DNA of 64,000 bases from Octopus sinensis (Eukaryota): positions 112,530,001 through 112,594,000 of the forward strand of contig NC_043001.1 in the NCBI RefSeq assembly GCF_006345805.1. Direction: 5' to 3'. Each line of letters starts with the position of its first letter. The stretch's first letter is position 1. The notes beneath the pieces are model-generated. The model saw only the letters and a program-made list of their open reading frames with translations, was not told where the DNA came from and did no database searches. A program made the position numbers and the translations under genes. This document shows, one piece after another, positions 12,844 to 27,337 of this stretch.

Positions 12844-13251
12844 TATATATCCTATTGGTGCCCACTTTTCACATTCATTAGAACAGTGGGTAGATCGTTT
12901 CCCGGTAATCATTTCGGTTCATTGAGAACCGAGTTAAAAACGCGTCGACATCAAGACATCATCATTGCCGTTCATTCTTTCGAGGTTCACGAATAGAATA
13001 AGGACCCAGTCATGCACTGGGGCTGATATCTTTCTTTCTCTCTATCTTTTATTATTTGTTTCACTTTCCTTCTGTAAAAAAAATAGACTGTTCAGAGAAC
13101 TTGAAAGGACTGATTTACGCCAGATTTGAGTGTAACGCCTTATGTTACGACGACGCCCCCTAGTTGAGCGTTTATGGCACCTATCTATCCTTCTATCAAT
13201 CCATATGTGCTTACACACTTACACGCGTGCACACAAACACACACATGCATA

Positions 13252-14498
13252 CAGGGGTTGGACAAAATAATGGAAACACCTAGCATCATAGCAACATAAT
13301 TTTGAAACCGATCAAAGCTTGTTTATTTTTATGTTTTTTGATTTATCATTAGTGCTGCTTATTGTGTTTGGCTAAAATTGTTGTTTCCTTCCAGATATCG
13401 TCAGAAAAAGGTAATTAAAATACGTTAAGATGACAGATCTATCGGACTTTCAAAGAGGTCGAATTGTTGGTACTCGTATAGCAGGCGCTAGCTTAACGAA
13501 AACGAAATGTTTAATGTATCAAGAAGTACTGTCTCGAAAGTAATGACAACCTTTGAGAAAAAGGGATAAAACTCCTCGTCGAAAAAAAAATCCGGAAGAA
13601 AACCAAAACTTTGAGATAGGGACCGTCGGATTCTTAAGCAAATTGTTAGAAAGGATCACAAAAGTACAACTCCAAAAATTATTGCAGAGCTTAATGACTA
13701 CCTCGAGAACCTAGTTTCCACAAAAACTGTTCGCCGGGAGCTGCACAAAGCCGGATTTCACGGGAGGGCTGCAATCAGAAAACCACTGCTTTCAAAAACA
13801 AATGTTGCGAAGCGTTAAGAGTGGAGTAAAAACCTTAAGAATTGGCCCCTAGAGCAGTGGAAAAAGGTTATTTTCTCGGTCGAATAATCCTTTACTTTAT
13901 TTCCGACCACCGGCCGAGTATACGTGTGGACACATCCAAAAGAAGCATTTGACCCAGACTGCCTTCTTCCAACTGTCAAACATGAAAGAGAATCTGTGAG
14001 GATCTGGTGGGGGGGGGGGCTATATATTGGAAATCCGCCGACACAATGGTTTCCCTTCATGGCAGAGTTAATAGTCAGGACTATTTAAGCACTTTATCTC
14101 ATCAATTTCATCTCATGAGTGCGGAATTGTTTCCAGATGGAAACGCAATCTTTTAGGATGATAATACACCAATTCACACGGCTAAAGGTGTTACTAAATG
14201 GCACGAGAAACATTCTAGTGAAGTTGAACATCTTATCTGGGCACCACCGTCCCCAGATCTCAATATTATTGAACATTTGTGGAGCATTTTAGAAAAATAG
14301 GCAAGGAGTCGATATCCTCCACCATCATCACTACAAGAACTGGAGCCTGTTTTAGCTGAAGTATGGACAAACATTCCTTTGCAAACAATTCCATACCTCG
14401 TAGAATTCAAGCTGTAGTTACTGCCAAAGGCGGGCCTACCCATATTAAAATATATTTGTTTGAAATTTTAAGATGTTCCATTTTTTTGTCCAAACTTG
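13252..14498 (+). mobile_element. Tc1-like (DD34E) DNA transposon, full length, inactive
   Basis: TA-flanked. TIR CAGGGGTTGGACAAAATAATGGAAACACC versus GATGTTCCATTTTTTTGTCCAAACTTG. Encloses a transposase pseudogene. Confidence 0.9.
13430..14448 (+). pseudogene. Tc1 transposase pseudogene
   Basis: Starts MTDLSDFQRGRIVG. Motifs GRKPKL, VIFSVE* (first catalytic Asp lost), F*DDNTPIHTA, WAPPSPDLNIIEHLW, AKGGPT. Multiple stops and frameshifts. Confidence 0.9.
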
Positions 14499-14539
14499 TA
14501 CGTATATATAAATACTAACATGTAATGTGAGAAACAAGG

Positions 14540-14600
<61 letters not shown>

Positions 14601-14605
<5 letters not shown>

Positions 14606-15155
14606 AATAATTTGAATTCGCCTTAATGGTCCTTTGCATACTGAACACTTGGTGAAATTGATTAATTAATTAATTTTACCCTCAATTGTTGAAATTATAA
14701 TTCATCTCTCTCTATATAATGCCGCGGATTTTACCGAAAAAAGCATAGTGTTTGCTGATTTTAACCCACGCTGGTGGAAAGGGGAGAGCAGAATTCTTCG
14801 CTTGCATTTTTGAGTTTGTTGGCACTGTTAGTTGCGAGCAGATCTTCCGAAGCGAGAGGAGGCCGAAAGGGTATGCTCTACTTTCAGTGTTTTCAAATCC
14901 AAACCAGGGAGTTCTGAGCTGATGATAGAAGTGTCGTGTGACTAATCTTGAAACGTACGTTCTCAAATAAACTTTGCACTTGATTTTTTAATGTCTCTAC
15001 CCCCATATTTGCGTGAGTTGAATTGAGCAAACATATATGAGAGAGGTTTTCTTTAAGTATTAGAAATAGTTTAAAAAAAGTTTTTTTTAGCTGCTATTTC
15101 TAATGAGTTCAGTATGCGGCAAAGTAATTTATTTTACTAAGCCCTTTTATATAAT
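14601..15155 (+). mobile_element. ~550-bp non-coding hammerhead-bearing element between (TA)n tracts
   Basis: Bounded by (TA)n on both sides. Contains the hammerhead at 14910-14973. Both ends are homologous to sequence that is contiguous at 31089-31251. Confidence 0.6.
14910..14973 (+). ncRNA. Type I hammerhead ribozyme motif, canonical core
   Basis: AGTT-C-TGAG | CTGATGA (14919-25) | TAGA..GTC-GTGT-GAC..TCTT | GAA | ACGTACGT palindrome | T | CTCA-AAT-AACT. The first helix II pair is T-T. Confidence 0.7.
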
Positions 15156-15893
15156 GTATATATATATATAATATATATATATGTTTGTACATATATATAT
15201 ATATATACTAACATGTAATGTAAGAGGCAAAAATATATATATGTATATATGTATTGACAGATAGATATGTATATTGATAAATAGATATGTATTATGTATA
15301 CAAATATATATTCGCAACAAGCATAGCATACTCGGATTAATTGAAATACACACACAAACAATGTACAACAAATATATAGAATTGTGCATGTGTGTATGTA
15401 ATACATAGGAGCATCTCTGCATATATCTGCTAGACATAGCTACAGGTTTATTTCCCCCACCACACTCTCCCTCTTTCTCCCTTCCCTTCTCGCTCTGCAT
15501 ATATATATATACATACATATATATGCATATATATATATACATATACATATATATACATACATATATATATATACCTATATATATATATATATATATATAT
15601 ACTCATATACATACATATATACACATACACTTATTTTTTTTTGTTTGTTATTCCATTGCCAATCAGATGTCACTCAAATACCATCATACCTTCTATTTTT
15701 TACCCAAAATAATCATCTTATAAATTTTGTTTTACTATCTTAACATATTACGTTTTTTTTTTTAATCCATTACAATTTCGTTTCCATATGTATACACATA
15801 TAATACAAAAATATACATTGCATACAACGTACATGCGTATACAACTACCTAATTACTACCCGCATGCATACATAGATACACACATATATACAG

Positions 15894-15969
<76 letters not shown>

Positions 15970-15970
15970 A

Positions 15971-16005
<35 letters not shown>

Positions 16006-16099
16006 TAGATATACGTATATGCATGCATTTACACGAAACTTATGGTTGTATATACACACACACATACGCTATAACATGTACATATCTATATAAGTATAC

Positions 16100-16145
<46 letters not shown>

Positions 16146-16423
16146 CATATATATAAGTATATCATATTCATATACGTAATCTATGCATATATAAATACGT
16201 ATGCATGTGTATACATGTTTGAATTATATATATATATTCGTATGCATATGTTATATTTATATATACATATATTCGTATGTATATATGTATGTATATGTAT
16301 ATATATACTATATATACACACACACAAATAATATATATAGTGTGTGTGTGGGGTGTGTGGGTATATAAGTAAATATATATATTATATATATATATATATA
16401 CATATCATATATATATATATATA

Positions 16424-16462
<39 letters not shown>

Positions 16463-17336
16463 AGAGAGGAAAGAGAAATATAAACATGCAAATAGATAGA
16501 TAGATAGATATATTGACAAAAACAAAAGAAGACATTTACTTTTTTTTTTTTGAATACAAGCATTACTTGAAAACGACAGCTATAGCAACAGCATAGCAAC
16601 AGCAATAACTACAAGAACTGTAACTATATATTATCTATATCGTTATATAATTTGTGTTGTTTTATTGTTTTCTTTCGTTTATATATTTGCAGATGTTTTC
16701 CATTTCTTCGAAATCATTTCTTCCAGACTAAACTGGAAAAGTAATTGGAAATTTTATGTGTACATGTATGTGTGTATGTATGTAAGTATGTATGTATGTA
16801 TGTTTGTATGTATGTATGTATGTATATATGTTTGTATGTATGTATGTTTGTATGTATGTATGTATGTATGTATGTATGTATGTATGTATATATGTTTGTA
16901 TGTATGTATGTATGTATGTATGTATGTATGTTTGTATGTATATATGTACGTACGTATGTATGTATTATGTTTGTATGTGTATGTATGTATGTATGTATGT
17001 ATGTATGTATGTATGTATGTATGTATATGTTTGTATGTATATATGTTTGCATGTATGTGTATATTTATGTATGTAGGTATTTATGTATGCAGGTATTTAT
17101 GAATGTGTTTATATATGCGTGTGTATGTATATATATATCTGTATGTATGTATATTTGTATGAATAAATGTATATGTGTGTATATGTATATATTATATATA
17201 TATATATATAATGTGTGTGTGTGTGTGTTGTGTGTGGTGTATGTTGTATGTATACTTGTACGAATGAATGTGTATATACATGTGTGTATGTATATATGTA
17301 TGTATACTTGTATGTGATTATATAATATATATATAT

Positions 17337-17367
<31 letters not shown>

Positions 17368-17776
17368 GCAAACAAACTTTTCCATATCTCTCTTTTCCTC
17401 TGCATTTACTCACTCACTCACTTACTCACTCACTCTTTTTCTTTCTCTCTGCATCTCTCTCTCTCGCTTTCTTTCTCTCATTCTCACTTGTTTTTTTCTG
17501 TTTTTGACTTATAATTTACACACATACACATACATACACGCACACATACACACACACACACCTGTGTATATAAGCAAGGGGAAATCATACGCACACACCT
17601 GTGTGTACACATATGGGATATTACACACACGCACACGTACACAAGCACATACAGTCGTCTACAATGTTATGAGATGTTTCTGTGTATAATATATATGCGT
17701 ATGTCTTTGTGTTGTGTGCATTTGTGTGAATGTGTGTGTATACACACATACATACGCACACAAAACACACACACAC

Positions 17777-17823
<47 letters not shown>

Positions 17824-18114
17824 CATACGTACTAACATATATACGTATGGAAATTTATATACACATGTATGTATATATATATATACATACATACATACAT
17901 ATATATACACACACATACAAACACACGCGCTCATAAACTGTTACACAAGCACACACAATATATGCAGAAATACATACATGTATATGTGTGTGTGTGTTTA
18001 TATATATACATATATGAGTTATATATACATACATACATATATATGTATGTGTGTGAGTATACATATATATGTATATATATATGTATATACATATATACAT
18101 ATGTATATATATAC

Positions 18115-18146
<32 letters not shown>

Positions 18147-18721
18147 GTGTGTGTATGTGTATGTAAGTATGTATTATATAAGCGTATAAGCGCATTTTTA
18201 GGTAATAAACAGATGACGTATGATTTTTCGCGTACCTGCACGCACTTGCGTGTTCGTGTAACATTTCCACCACGATTGTTGATATTGGGTGGCAAAGAGA
18301 GGTAAACGAGGTACTTGATCTCTATGTTTCAAATCATAAAATACAACACGAATACATCGCTAACATATATATTAAAACACAAATGCAATTAGCTACTACC
18401 TGTAGATCACTTTCCATATATGAAAAGAAATCTCAAGAGAATTAAAGCATCTCACGTCTCAGTCATATGACAGGTTTTTTAATTATATTTCACTGTTAAA
18501 AGGTGCATTACTTTTGCGCACCGCATGTACTTACACACGTCGGCGTCATCGTTATAGTTTTATGACTGACATATCTAATATTATTTGGGGGATTTTTGTT
18601 GTTTTTTTTTTCAATATAATATAACTGTTTCGCCTTTGCTTTCCTAAATCGAAGCAACCTCGATTTTTGTCATAAAATCATGCACTTTTCGTATTCTTCT
18701 CTGTATGTTTTACTCTATATT

Positions 18722-18767
18722 GATGACGACGATGAGGATGACTACGACGACGACGACGATGGCGACA

Positions 18768-18798
<31 letters not shown>

Positions 18799-18809
18799 CG
18801 ACGACGATT

Positions 18810-18864
<55 letters not shown>

Positions 18865-18949
18865 CGATGATGACAATGATGATGATGATGATGATGATGA
18901 TGACGATGATGACGATGATGATGATGATGATGATGATGACGATGATGAC

Positions 18950-18986
<37 letters not shown>

Positions 18987-19195
18987 GTGATGATGACGGC
19001 GACGACGATTATGATGATGATGATGATGATTGTGATGATGAGGATGATGATGATGATGAAGATGATGATGAGGATGATGATGATGATGACGATGATGATG
19101 ATGATGATGAAGATGATGATGATGAGCCATAGACATCATCGTCTTCGCCATCGTCGTCGTCCTCGCCGTTATCATCAGCACCACATATGTTCTTG

Positions 19196-19229
<34 letters not shown>

Positions 19230-19298
19230 CTTTGTTGTGATTCTCATCGCTGTTGTGATATTTGTCTCGTTTTAGTAGTAGCAGTAGTAGCAGCAGTG

Positions 19299-19341
<43 letters not shown>

Positions 19342-19351
19342 CACCAGCAGC

Positions 19352-19404
<53 letters not shown>

Positions 19405-19450
19405 TAGTAGTAGTAGTAGTAGTAGTAGCAGCAGCAGTAGTAGTAGTAGG
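18722..19450. repeat. Compound microsatellite (GAT/GAC)n, then (CAT)n, then (AGT/AGC)n
   Basis: Direct reading of triplet tracts. Confidence 0.95.
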
Positions 19451-21668
19451 ACGATGGATTATTGAACCTGCAGCTGTGTAATATTTCTTACAAGATCAAA
19501 TAGCACCCCCTTTTGATAACCTTCTTCCATATGGAGAGAAATTGTTTCTTCGGACTCCCAAATTATTTTGACCAATTTCCAATATCAGAAGGAACAACTT
19601 TTAGTTTGCAGTAATAAATTAATCAAGTGGACTTTGAATAAAATCTATCACAAAAGTTGCTATTTTACTCTCCCAGGTCAAGATTCATGACAGACCCAAT
19701 GAAACAGCTACACATCATCCCATTTTTATATTTTTTGAGACACTAAATTTAAAACTATGATGTTATACCACATAGGCCCTTTCTTTTTTGAAATGGTTGA
19801 ATGTAATTTAAGTAAGATTTGGCTGTTATTTCTAGCGCGACGAGCAAACCTATAAACACGCTGATACAAACTTAGAGCGTTCCTTTACTGAGCGTTCCAC
19901 CGGTGACAATCCACTCTTTTGTAGGCATATTGTATCCAGAACTACATTATCCAATATGTCGTTTATTCTTTTTTAAAACGGTGGCGTGTGATTTAATGGA
20001 GATTTTGGCAGCTCTTTCTGGAAGGTCGGACTACCATAATGTTAGTAGTGTAATTTGATAGTAATAAATGTTGGTTTATATTGTGATCTTTTATGCAGAT
20101 GGGGTTTAGTGCCTGGGGATACGGAAGTGTGTAAAACTAAATAGTTGTTGGCATGGATTAAAGTTAAAGTAGTATAAATGCAAAGCCAATGTTTAGTCAA
20201 TTATGTTGTCCGGCTGGTGCATAGTCACTGGCCAATAGCTGTACCGTTGGTATTTATGCATAATTGGTAGCGTATGTGAGTCAGAATATGTTACAGTTGC
20301 TTTGTACAAGGAAATCAGGCGGATCCATTGAGACCGTGAGACTGACATCTTATCCAGATTGTCATTTCGATTCTGCCAAAGGCTGGCAGCAGGCAAATAC
20401 GAAAAGATGTTACAACGCATTAGTAGCTGACCGATTTTGAGATGTCCAAGTTGACATGTGGACATCATGTGTGTGACAGAATCACCAAGGAGATTTTCCG
20501 ACTATAAAGTTGGAAATTTACTGAATATCTTAATCTCTACATATCTCTCCACCTCTCAGTCTCTCACTTACTTTCTTCTCTCTCCCTCCCCATCTCTCCC
20601 TCTCTCTCTTACTCTCTCTTTTTCTGCATCTATCTCTATTTTTCGATTTATGTGCTCTATCTAACCCTTTTTCTTCTCTCACAGGTTAATTAACTGTCAA
20701 TCATAAACTTAACATTCCAGTTATCATAATCATATTTTGGTGATTATAGAAAGTTTGTCCATAGAAACAGCAAATGATCATTGAGCGATCCTATTGGAAA
20801 TCAATCAAAATATTTTACGTTCTTATTCATAAGTTAATATCGAAATCAAAAACCTACTTATCTAATAACTGTAAAAGCAGAAGGGGGTTTAAGTACAATT
20901 AAGGGTTAAGGGAATAGAAATACAAGCTGACGAACATCTAGGATGGCTAAAAATACATTTTACTTTCCCCACTTTAAATATTCACATCTTGTCATTTCAA
21001 AACTTTGCGAAGTGTTATCGGTGGGAATAAAAGAAATAAATATTTCTTCAGTAAGATGGTGGGCTTTCATAAACCAAATTATCTTCCATCTTACGTTGCA
21101 CTGCTTTTAAAAGATAGCCATAGAATCGGTTGAGTCCAACGTCATGGTGATTCTCCTCGCCCAAATCTCTGGACAATAGAAAAGTGAAAGAAGGGTGGCA
21201 AGAAATTGAATGAGAGAGAGAGAGAGAGAGGAGGGGACTCAAATAGCTGTCCACTCTTATGACTGAGCATGTGATTAAAATTCGTATCAAGAAGTAATTT
21301 TGTAGTGTTGAGTAATTGACGAGAGGCTGGTTGTTAGGAAGAAGGAGAGAAGGGAGTAACACAGAGGGACGGGACGACGGCATAGTGGAATGCTGAACCA
21401 TTGAAAAGGTTCTTGGTGTTTTGTAAAGATTGTGCAACTTAATGGATATGGACATTGTTGTGCTAACAAATAGCGTGTTTTTGCACGTGAACGTGTGTAT
21501 GAGTGTATACATATATATTTAGTTTTATAAATACACAGACATATGTTTATAGGTAGATACCTGCGAATATAAATGTATGCGCCGTATACTTGCCGATGGC
21601 TTACGTTTTATCTATCTATCGATCGATTGAACGATCGATGTATCTTTTTATTTATATAAGTGTCTGTA

Positions 21669-21841
21669 GGCGCAGGAGTGGCTGTGTGGTAAGTAGCTTG
21701 CTTACCAACCACATAGTTGCGGGTTCAGATCACTGCGTGGCATCTTGGGCAAGTGTCTTCTGCTATAGCCCCGGGCCGACCAATGCCTTGTGAGTGGATT
21801 TGGTAGACGGAAACTGAAAGAAGCCTGTCGTATATATGTAT

Positions 21842-21875
<34 letters not shown>

Positions 21876-22081
21876 TTGTCTCCCTAGCATTGCTTGACAA
21901 CCGATGCTGGTGTGTTTACATCCCCGTCACTTAACGGTTCGGCAAAAGAGACCGATAGAATAAGTACTGGGCTTACAAAGAATAAGTCCCGGGGTCGATT
22001 TGCTCGACTAAAGGCGGTGCTCCAGCATGGCCGCAGTCAAATGACTGAAACAAGTAAAAGAGTAAAATAGTAAAAGAGTAA
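21669..22081 (+). mobile_element. SINE family A (OK-like), full length
   Basis: Near-identical to 359-766. Confidence 0.9.
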
Positions 22082-22145
22082 AAAAAAGAGAGTATGCATT
22101 TGTTCTGTATGTGTGTGGATGCTGTGTATGGTATATATATATATG

Positions 22146-22206
<61 letters not shown>

Positions 22207-22276
22207 CGGCAAATGGATATAATTGTAACGGCAATGATGGATATAATTGTAACGGCAATGATGGCCGTCTCCCCAC

Positions 22277-22376
22277 NNNNNNNNNNNNNNNNNNNNNNNN
22301 NNNNNNNNNNNNNNNNNNNNNNNNNNNNNNNNNNNNNNNNNNNNNNNNNNNNNNNNNNNNNNNNNNNNNNNNNNNN
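22277..22376. other. Assembly gap (100 N)
   Basis: Run of n; flanked by a 24-bp tandem repeat and (ATGT)n. Confidence 0.99.
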
Positions 22377-22599
22377 TATGAGTGTGGTATTAATGTATGT
22401 ATGTATGTATGTATGTATGTATGCATGTATGTATGTAATGTATGTATGTATGTATGTATGCATGTATGTATGTATGTATGTATGCATGTATGTATGTATG
22501 TGTGTATGTGTGTATGTATGTATGTATGTATGCAGATGTGGAGGTGGTTAGGTGTTTGAACTCGTTGTGGTTTTTATATTTTTAATATAAAATAGTAAC

Positions 22600-22820
22600 A
22601 AGACGCCGAGCTGGCGGAATCGTTAGCACGCTGGGCAAAACACTTAGCCACGTTTCGTCCGTCTTTTGGTTCTGAGTTCAAATGCCGCTGCTGGTCGACT
22701 TAACTTCCATCCTTTCAGGATCGATATGATAAGTACCAGTTGAACACCGAGGTGGATGTAATCGACTTATTCCTTCCTTCCTCGAAATTGCTGGCTTTCT
22801 GTAAAAATTTGTATTCAATA
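22600..22820 (+). mobile_element. Diverged family C SINE
   Basis: GAGCTGGCGGAATCGTTAGCACG...TTCTGAGTTCAAAT...TTCCATCCTTTCAGGATCGAT...AAGTACCAG. Confidence 0.75.
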
Positions 22821-24191
22821 TGAAATAGAAACACACATGAGCCTCTAGCCAGATACAAATATTTCATTCTATATTATATTAGATATTTCATTTATATATT
22901 TGCTAACGTACCGCATTTGATGGCATTTTAGAAGCACTTTCCCCACCCCAAAAATTTTGTCTGAAAAAGCTGCGCATGTGTAAAGACCTCAAGTTATATT
23001 TCCTCACCCGCACCACCATTTCAAGTTACTTCCTGATAATCTCGATTCGATTTCAAATTACCTTCGAGGTTGTTCTGAACCCGATTCCAAATTATCCCTA
23101 TACCGTTCACATTACCTTCTCTCTTATTTCGCTAAAATAATAAGTTCCAACACTTACAACTCATGTGCAGAGCATTCAATACGGCTGACATTCAAGATTG
23201 CAAATTCATCTTAAAATATAAAAATAACAACAAAATACTTGATACTTAAGTACCCAATCATATTCTATGATGCCTTTAAAACACACAGGCACACACACAC
23301 ACACACACACACATTGTGAACATCAGTAATTCTGAGTTAGCAATTTTGGGAAATGAAACATTACTTTCTTATAATTAAAAACTCCATTTCATTTCGAATT
23401 TATTAAAGTTAAAATGCAATTATATATATATATTCGTACATTTCAAATGCAAACGAAATATTTATAATAAAAAACAAAATATATTAATACGCATACAATT
23501 GAAATCCAAACGAAATGTATTTATATGCAATCAAACTATATTTATAGAGTTTAAATGCAAATGAAATTGATTTATTACATACAACAAACAAAATACAACA
23601 ATAAACATCAAATGCCAACCAAAGGTATTTATATAGAAACTGGAATATATTAATGCACTTTAAATGCCAACGATATGTATTTATATACAAACCGAAATAT
23701 TTATACACTTATAAGTAGTTATAATTATGTTTCAAGGAAAAAATAGTTATAATAAAGATAAAAATAACGAAAATTATTATTCTTTTATGTACCAGCAGGG
23801 CGATGACCTTTTGGGGAAGTATTTGGGGAGGTAAAATGAAACCATTGGAAGTAGGAATGAATCGGATTTTAGATTACTCTCGGAGTACTTTGAAATTGAT
23901 TTCATCATTCTTCCCAATAATGTGAAAGTGATTTGTTACCAAGGGGTAAGCAGAAGAAACCGGGAGTTATCTGAAACTGCAACGCCGGTCCCTGTATGTG
24001 ACGTTTGGTCTCTCATAAGGCTTAATGCACTAAAAGCTTCACTTAAATATGCACAACAAGTGTGGCTGCGTCAAACATGTCCTTAAAGTCTTTTATCAAA
24101 TACGGTACGTGAAAATAGGCATTTTTCCTTTAAGCCTTACGTAAATTTGAAAATGAACATGTTGTTTCATAGCAAATTCCCCTAACACTAA

Positions 24192-24423
24192 CCTATTTCT
24201 TTACTACCCACAAGGGGCTAAACACAGAGGGGACAAACGAGGACAGACAAACGGATTAAGTCGATTATATCGACACCAGTGCATAACTGGTACTTAATTT
24301 ATCGACCCCGAAAGGATGAAAGGCAAAGTCGACCTCGGCGGAATTTGAACTCAGAACGTAGCGGCAGACGAAATACCCCTAAGCATTTCGCCCGGCGTGC
24401 TAACGATTCTGCCGGCTCGCCGC
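24192..24423 (-). mobile_element. SINE family C (tRNA head + Meta-like domain, ~235 bp)
   Basis: Minus: GCGGCGAGCCGGCAGAATCGTTAGCACG...GAGTTCAAATTCC...GCCTTTCATCCTTTCGGGGTCGATAAATTAAGTACCAG...GTGGGTAGTAAAGAAATAGG. Flanked by degenerate TTAGGG-like repeats. Confidence 0.9.
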
Positions 24424-25328
24424 TAACCCTAATCCTAACCCTTGTTATGTGGAGTGTTCACAAGGCTGATTCTTAACTGTAAGACATGTCTTATGTTTTC
24501 AAAAGTCACAATGGAAACACTATTGCAATCAATGAGAAACTCAAAAGAGAATCGACATATAATTGAGATATGATAGAGGTTTCCTCACTCAGACGTAACT
24601 GTCTTGAGATAGGTTTTGCATACTGGAATCAACAGATTACATAGAAATCACAGAACACTTTTACAAAGTATTCTACAACAGTTCAACAGGTTGATCAGCA
24701 TTGCTACCAGAACATTAACACAGCACTTTCAAAGCGCACTTAGACATCGAAACACAAATAAGAAATCAAGTGTATCAATTGAGCTCTGTTAGATACCGCT
24801 CTATTTCCTCTTCCTCGCAAAAAAAAAAAAAAGAGCAAAACACATAGTCTGCTAGCTACTGCAGTTCTATGAATATAGAATGTATTTTTGCCTTACTGAC
24901 ATACGTCAAATTTCATCCTTGAAAATTGTGAAGAAAATTCGACCGTTGTTTTTGATACAATGAAGGATGTACAAAACTTGTACTATCAGCAGTAATCTTA
25001 ATACTTTGAAGTCTGTTGATATACACAATGGCATAACGGAACAAAGCCCTGCTAATCCAGCATAATTTAATGAATACAAATTTCTGGGCGTGTATCTGAC
25101 TATGTAGAAGTCTGTGTGCTTGTAATTTATACAAATTGCATGCTGTGCATACATACATACATGCATACATACATACATACATACATACATACATACATAC
25201 ATACATACATACATACATACATACATACATACATACATGCATGCATACATACATACGTACATATATACATACATACATACATACATACATACATCCAAAC
25301 ATCCATACATACATATTACATTGTCATG

Positions 25329-25361
<33 letters not shown>

Positions 25362-25832
25362 TATCTATATATAGTCGGAATTTACCAAAAGACAAAAGAC
25401 GAGGCAGGTGTGTAAACAACAAACAGGTGTGTGTGTATATATATATATATATAGTATCATATAATATAATATAATATAAATCCTGTTCTGTCTGTGTGAG
25501 TGTAAAAGATTTTAACAGCTTTATTTTTCAACTGATTTTCACCAAACTGAGAACATACATTACGTATATTCCAGAGATGGTTTTAGACTTTAAATTTTTT
25601 TTCACATACTGAGTAACGGGTCCACTGAGGGCAGAAAATACCCGTGCCTAGGTTACGTGGATAGGGAGGTAACTCTTTGCAAAGTAACTTTCAGAAATAT
25701 ATTATCTCTGTTACATCCAATGGTCAAAAAATTATCACAATCTCATTCAATATATACACAAGAGATGTGTGTGTGTGTTCGCTTTTTCACACGTATCTCT
25801 ATCTATATCTCTGTCCATCTCTATCCATCCTC

Positions 25833-26259
25833 AGTGGTTAGCCACATTTAAGTGGCAAATATGCTTTACATTGTCGTGCAGTTACTGTTTATACCTCGTT
25901 CAGACATTTATTATTGCTTATTTACACTTTTTCGAGATCAGTGACGAAAAGGATATATGTATTTGCATTAGGATCCCTTTGCATCAAAAACCAGTGATTG
26001 ACGTGCGCTGACGACGGGTAAATTCCCAGAAACCGGGTTCGTGCGTATCACGTCAGGTCGATGATGGGAAGGATGGCTTCCCTTTGCAAATACTGATAGG
26101 GCACAGAAAGTGTGTCAATAGCCAGCAGGAGAAGATGTTCTCCTTGGGCTACAAGCTACAGTAGCTTCCACTCTTAGTGGTTAGCCACATTTAAGTGACA
26201 AATATACTTCACATTGTCGTGCAGCTACTGTTTATACCTCGTTCAGAGATTTATTATTG
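25833..26259 (+). mobile_element. Retrozyme-like element: 343-bp unit with 84-bp terminal direct repeat and internal hammerhead
   Basis: 25833-25916 is repeated at 26176-26259 (offset 343, few substitutions). Hammerhead at 26001-26046. No recognisable protein ORF. Confidence 0.7.
26001..26046 (+). ncRNA. Type I hammerhead ribozyme motif, canonical core
   Basis: ACGTGCG | CTGACGA (26008-14) | CGGG-TAAATT-CCCA | GAA | ACC-G-GGT | T | CGTGCGT. Helix I is 7 bp with 2 G-U pairs; the first helix II pair is C-A. Confidence 0.7.
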
Positions 26260-26538
26260 AATGAATTAATTATTGGAATTCAATCTTTGGACACAACTGA
26301 AACAGGTGTAAGAGAATATGTTGGATTTTTTTCAGTTCATAAATTATATTAATGCTACATCTCCATTTTAAAAAAAATTAGCTTGTATATCGATAAACCA
26401 AGATTTATACTTAAAACTATTAGTTTATGAATATTACTATTTACAAAAAATTAATAGGTAATGAACCAATAATTCATTGGATATTTTTATCCCTTAATGA
26501 GGCTATTTAACCTTTAATTAAATATATATATATATACG

Positions 26539-26577
<39 letters not shown>

Positions 26578-27252
26578 TATATATATATATACACTATATA
26601 TATATATATATACACACACACGGATATATATATAGTTGAGTTTATGCATATGAATGGATATAGATGTATTGGTATAGAACTACTGGAACGTGTTCAATCT
26701 CATTCGCCGTACTATTGTACTGTGACCAGATGGCAAATGATTTGCCAAGGAAACAACCTAGCCCTCACGCATGCACGTACAGACACACACATACACACAC
26801 ATGCACACAGATATGCACATATACACACCCGCTGCGTGCGCGCATACAACACTCGCTGTCATAATTCCTGACAAATGCATACCACCTCTAAGGGCGGTGC
26901 TCAAGCATGCCTGCAGTCTAATGACTGAAACAAATAAATGTGTAGAAGAGTAGAGGAGTACCTTGTGAACGTATTTATTCCTATATAATCCCACACGTGC
27001 CACTTGACTTCAAAATCGCACGAACAAGCACTTATAATTGTGTATATGCATATATGCACATATACATTTATATGTATACATACAAACGCATATACACATA
27101 AAGATACATACATACATATACACATATATGTATGTGTGTGTGTATATATATATATATACATATATTTATATATACATATATATTTACGTATACATATACA
27201 TAACTTAATACATATAAATGTATATAGTATGTATAAACAGGTACATAAGCAA

Positions 27253-27285
<33 letters not shown>

Positions 27286-27337
27286 GATAGATATACTGAC
27301 ATATTTATGTATATGTATATATGTATATATATATATA

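Noticed and set aside
15137-18305. Dense stack of YI/CV/HT-rich ORFs
   Set aside because: (TA)n, (TG)n and (CATA)n microsatellite read-through.
24178-24445. Telomere-like CCTAAC repeats
   Set aside because: Only a few degenerate units flanking a SINE; not an interstitial telomere array.
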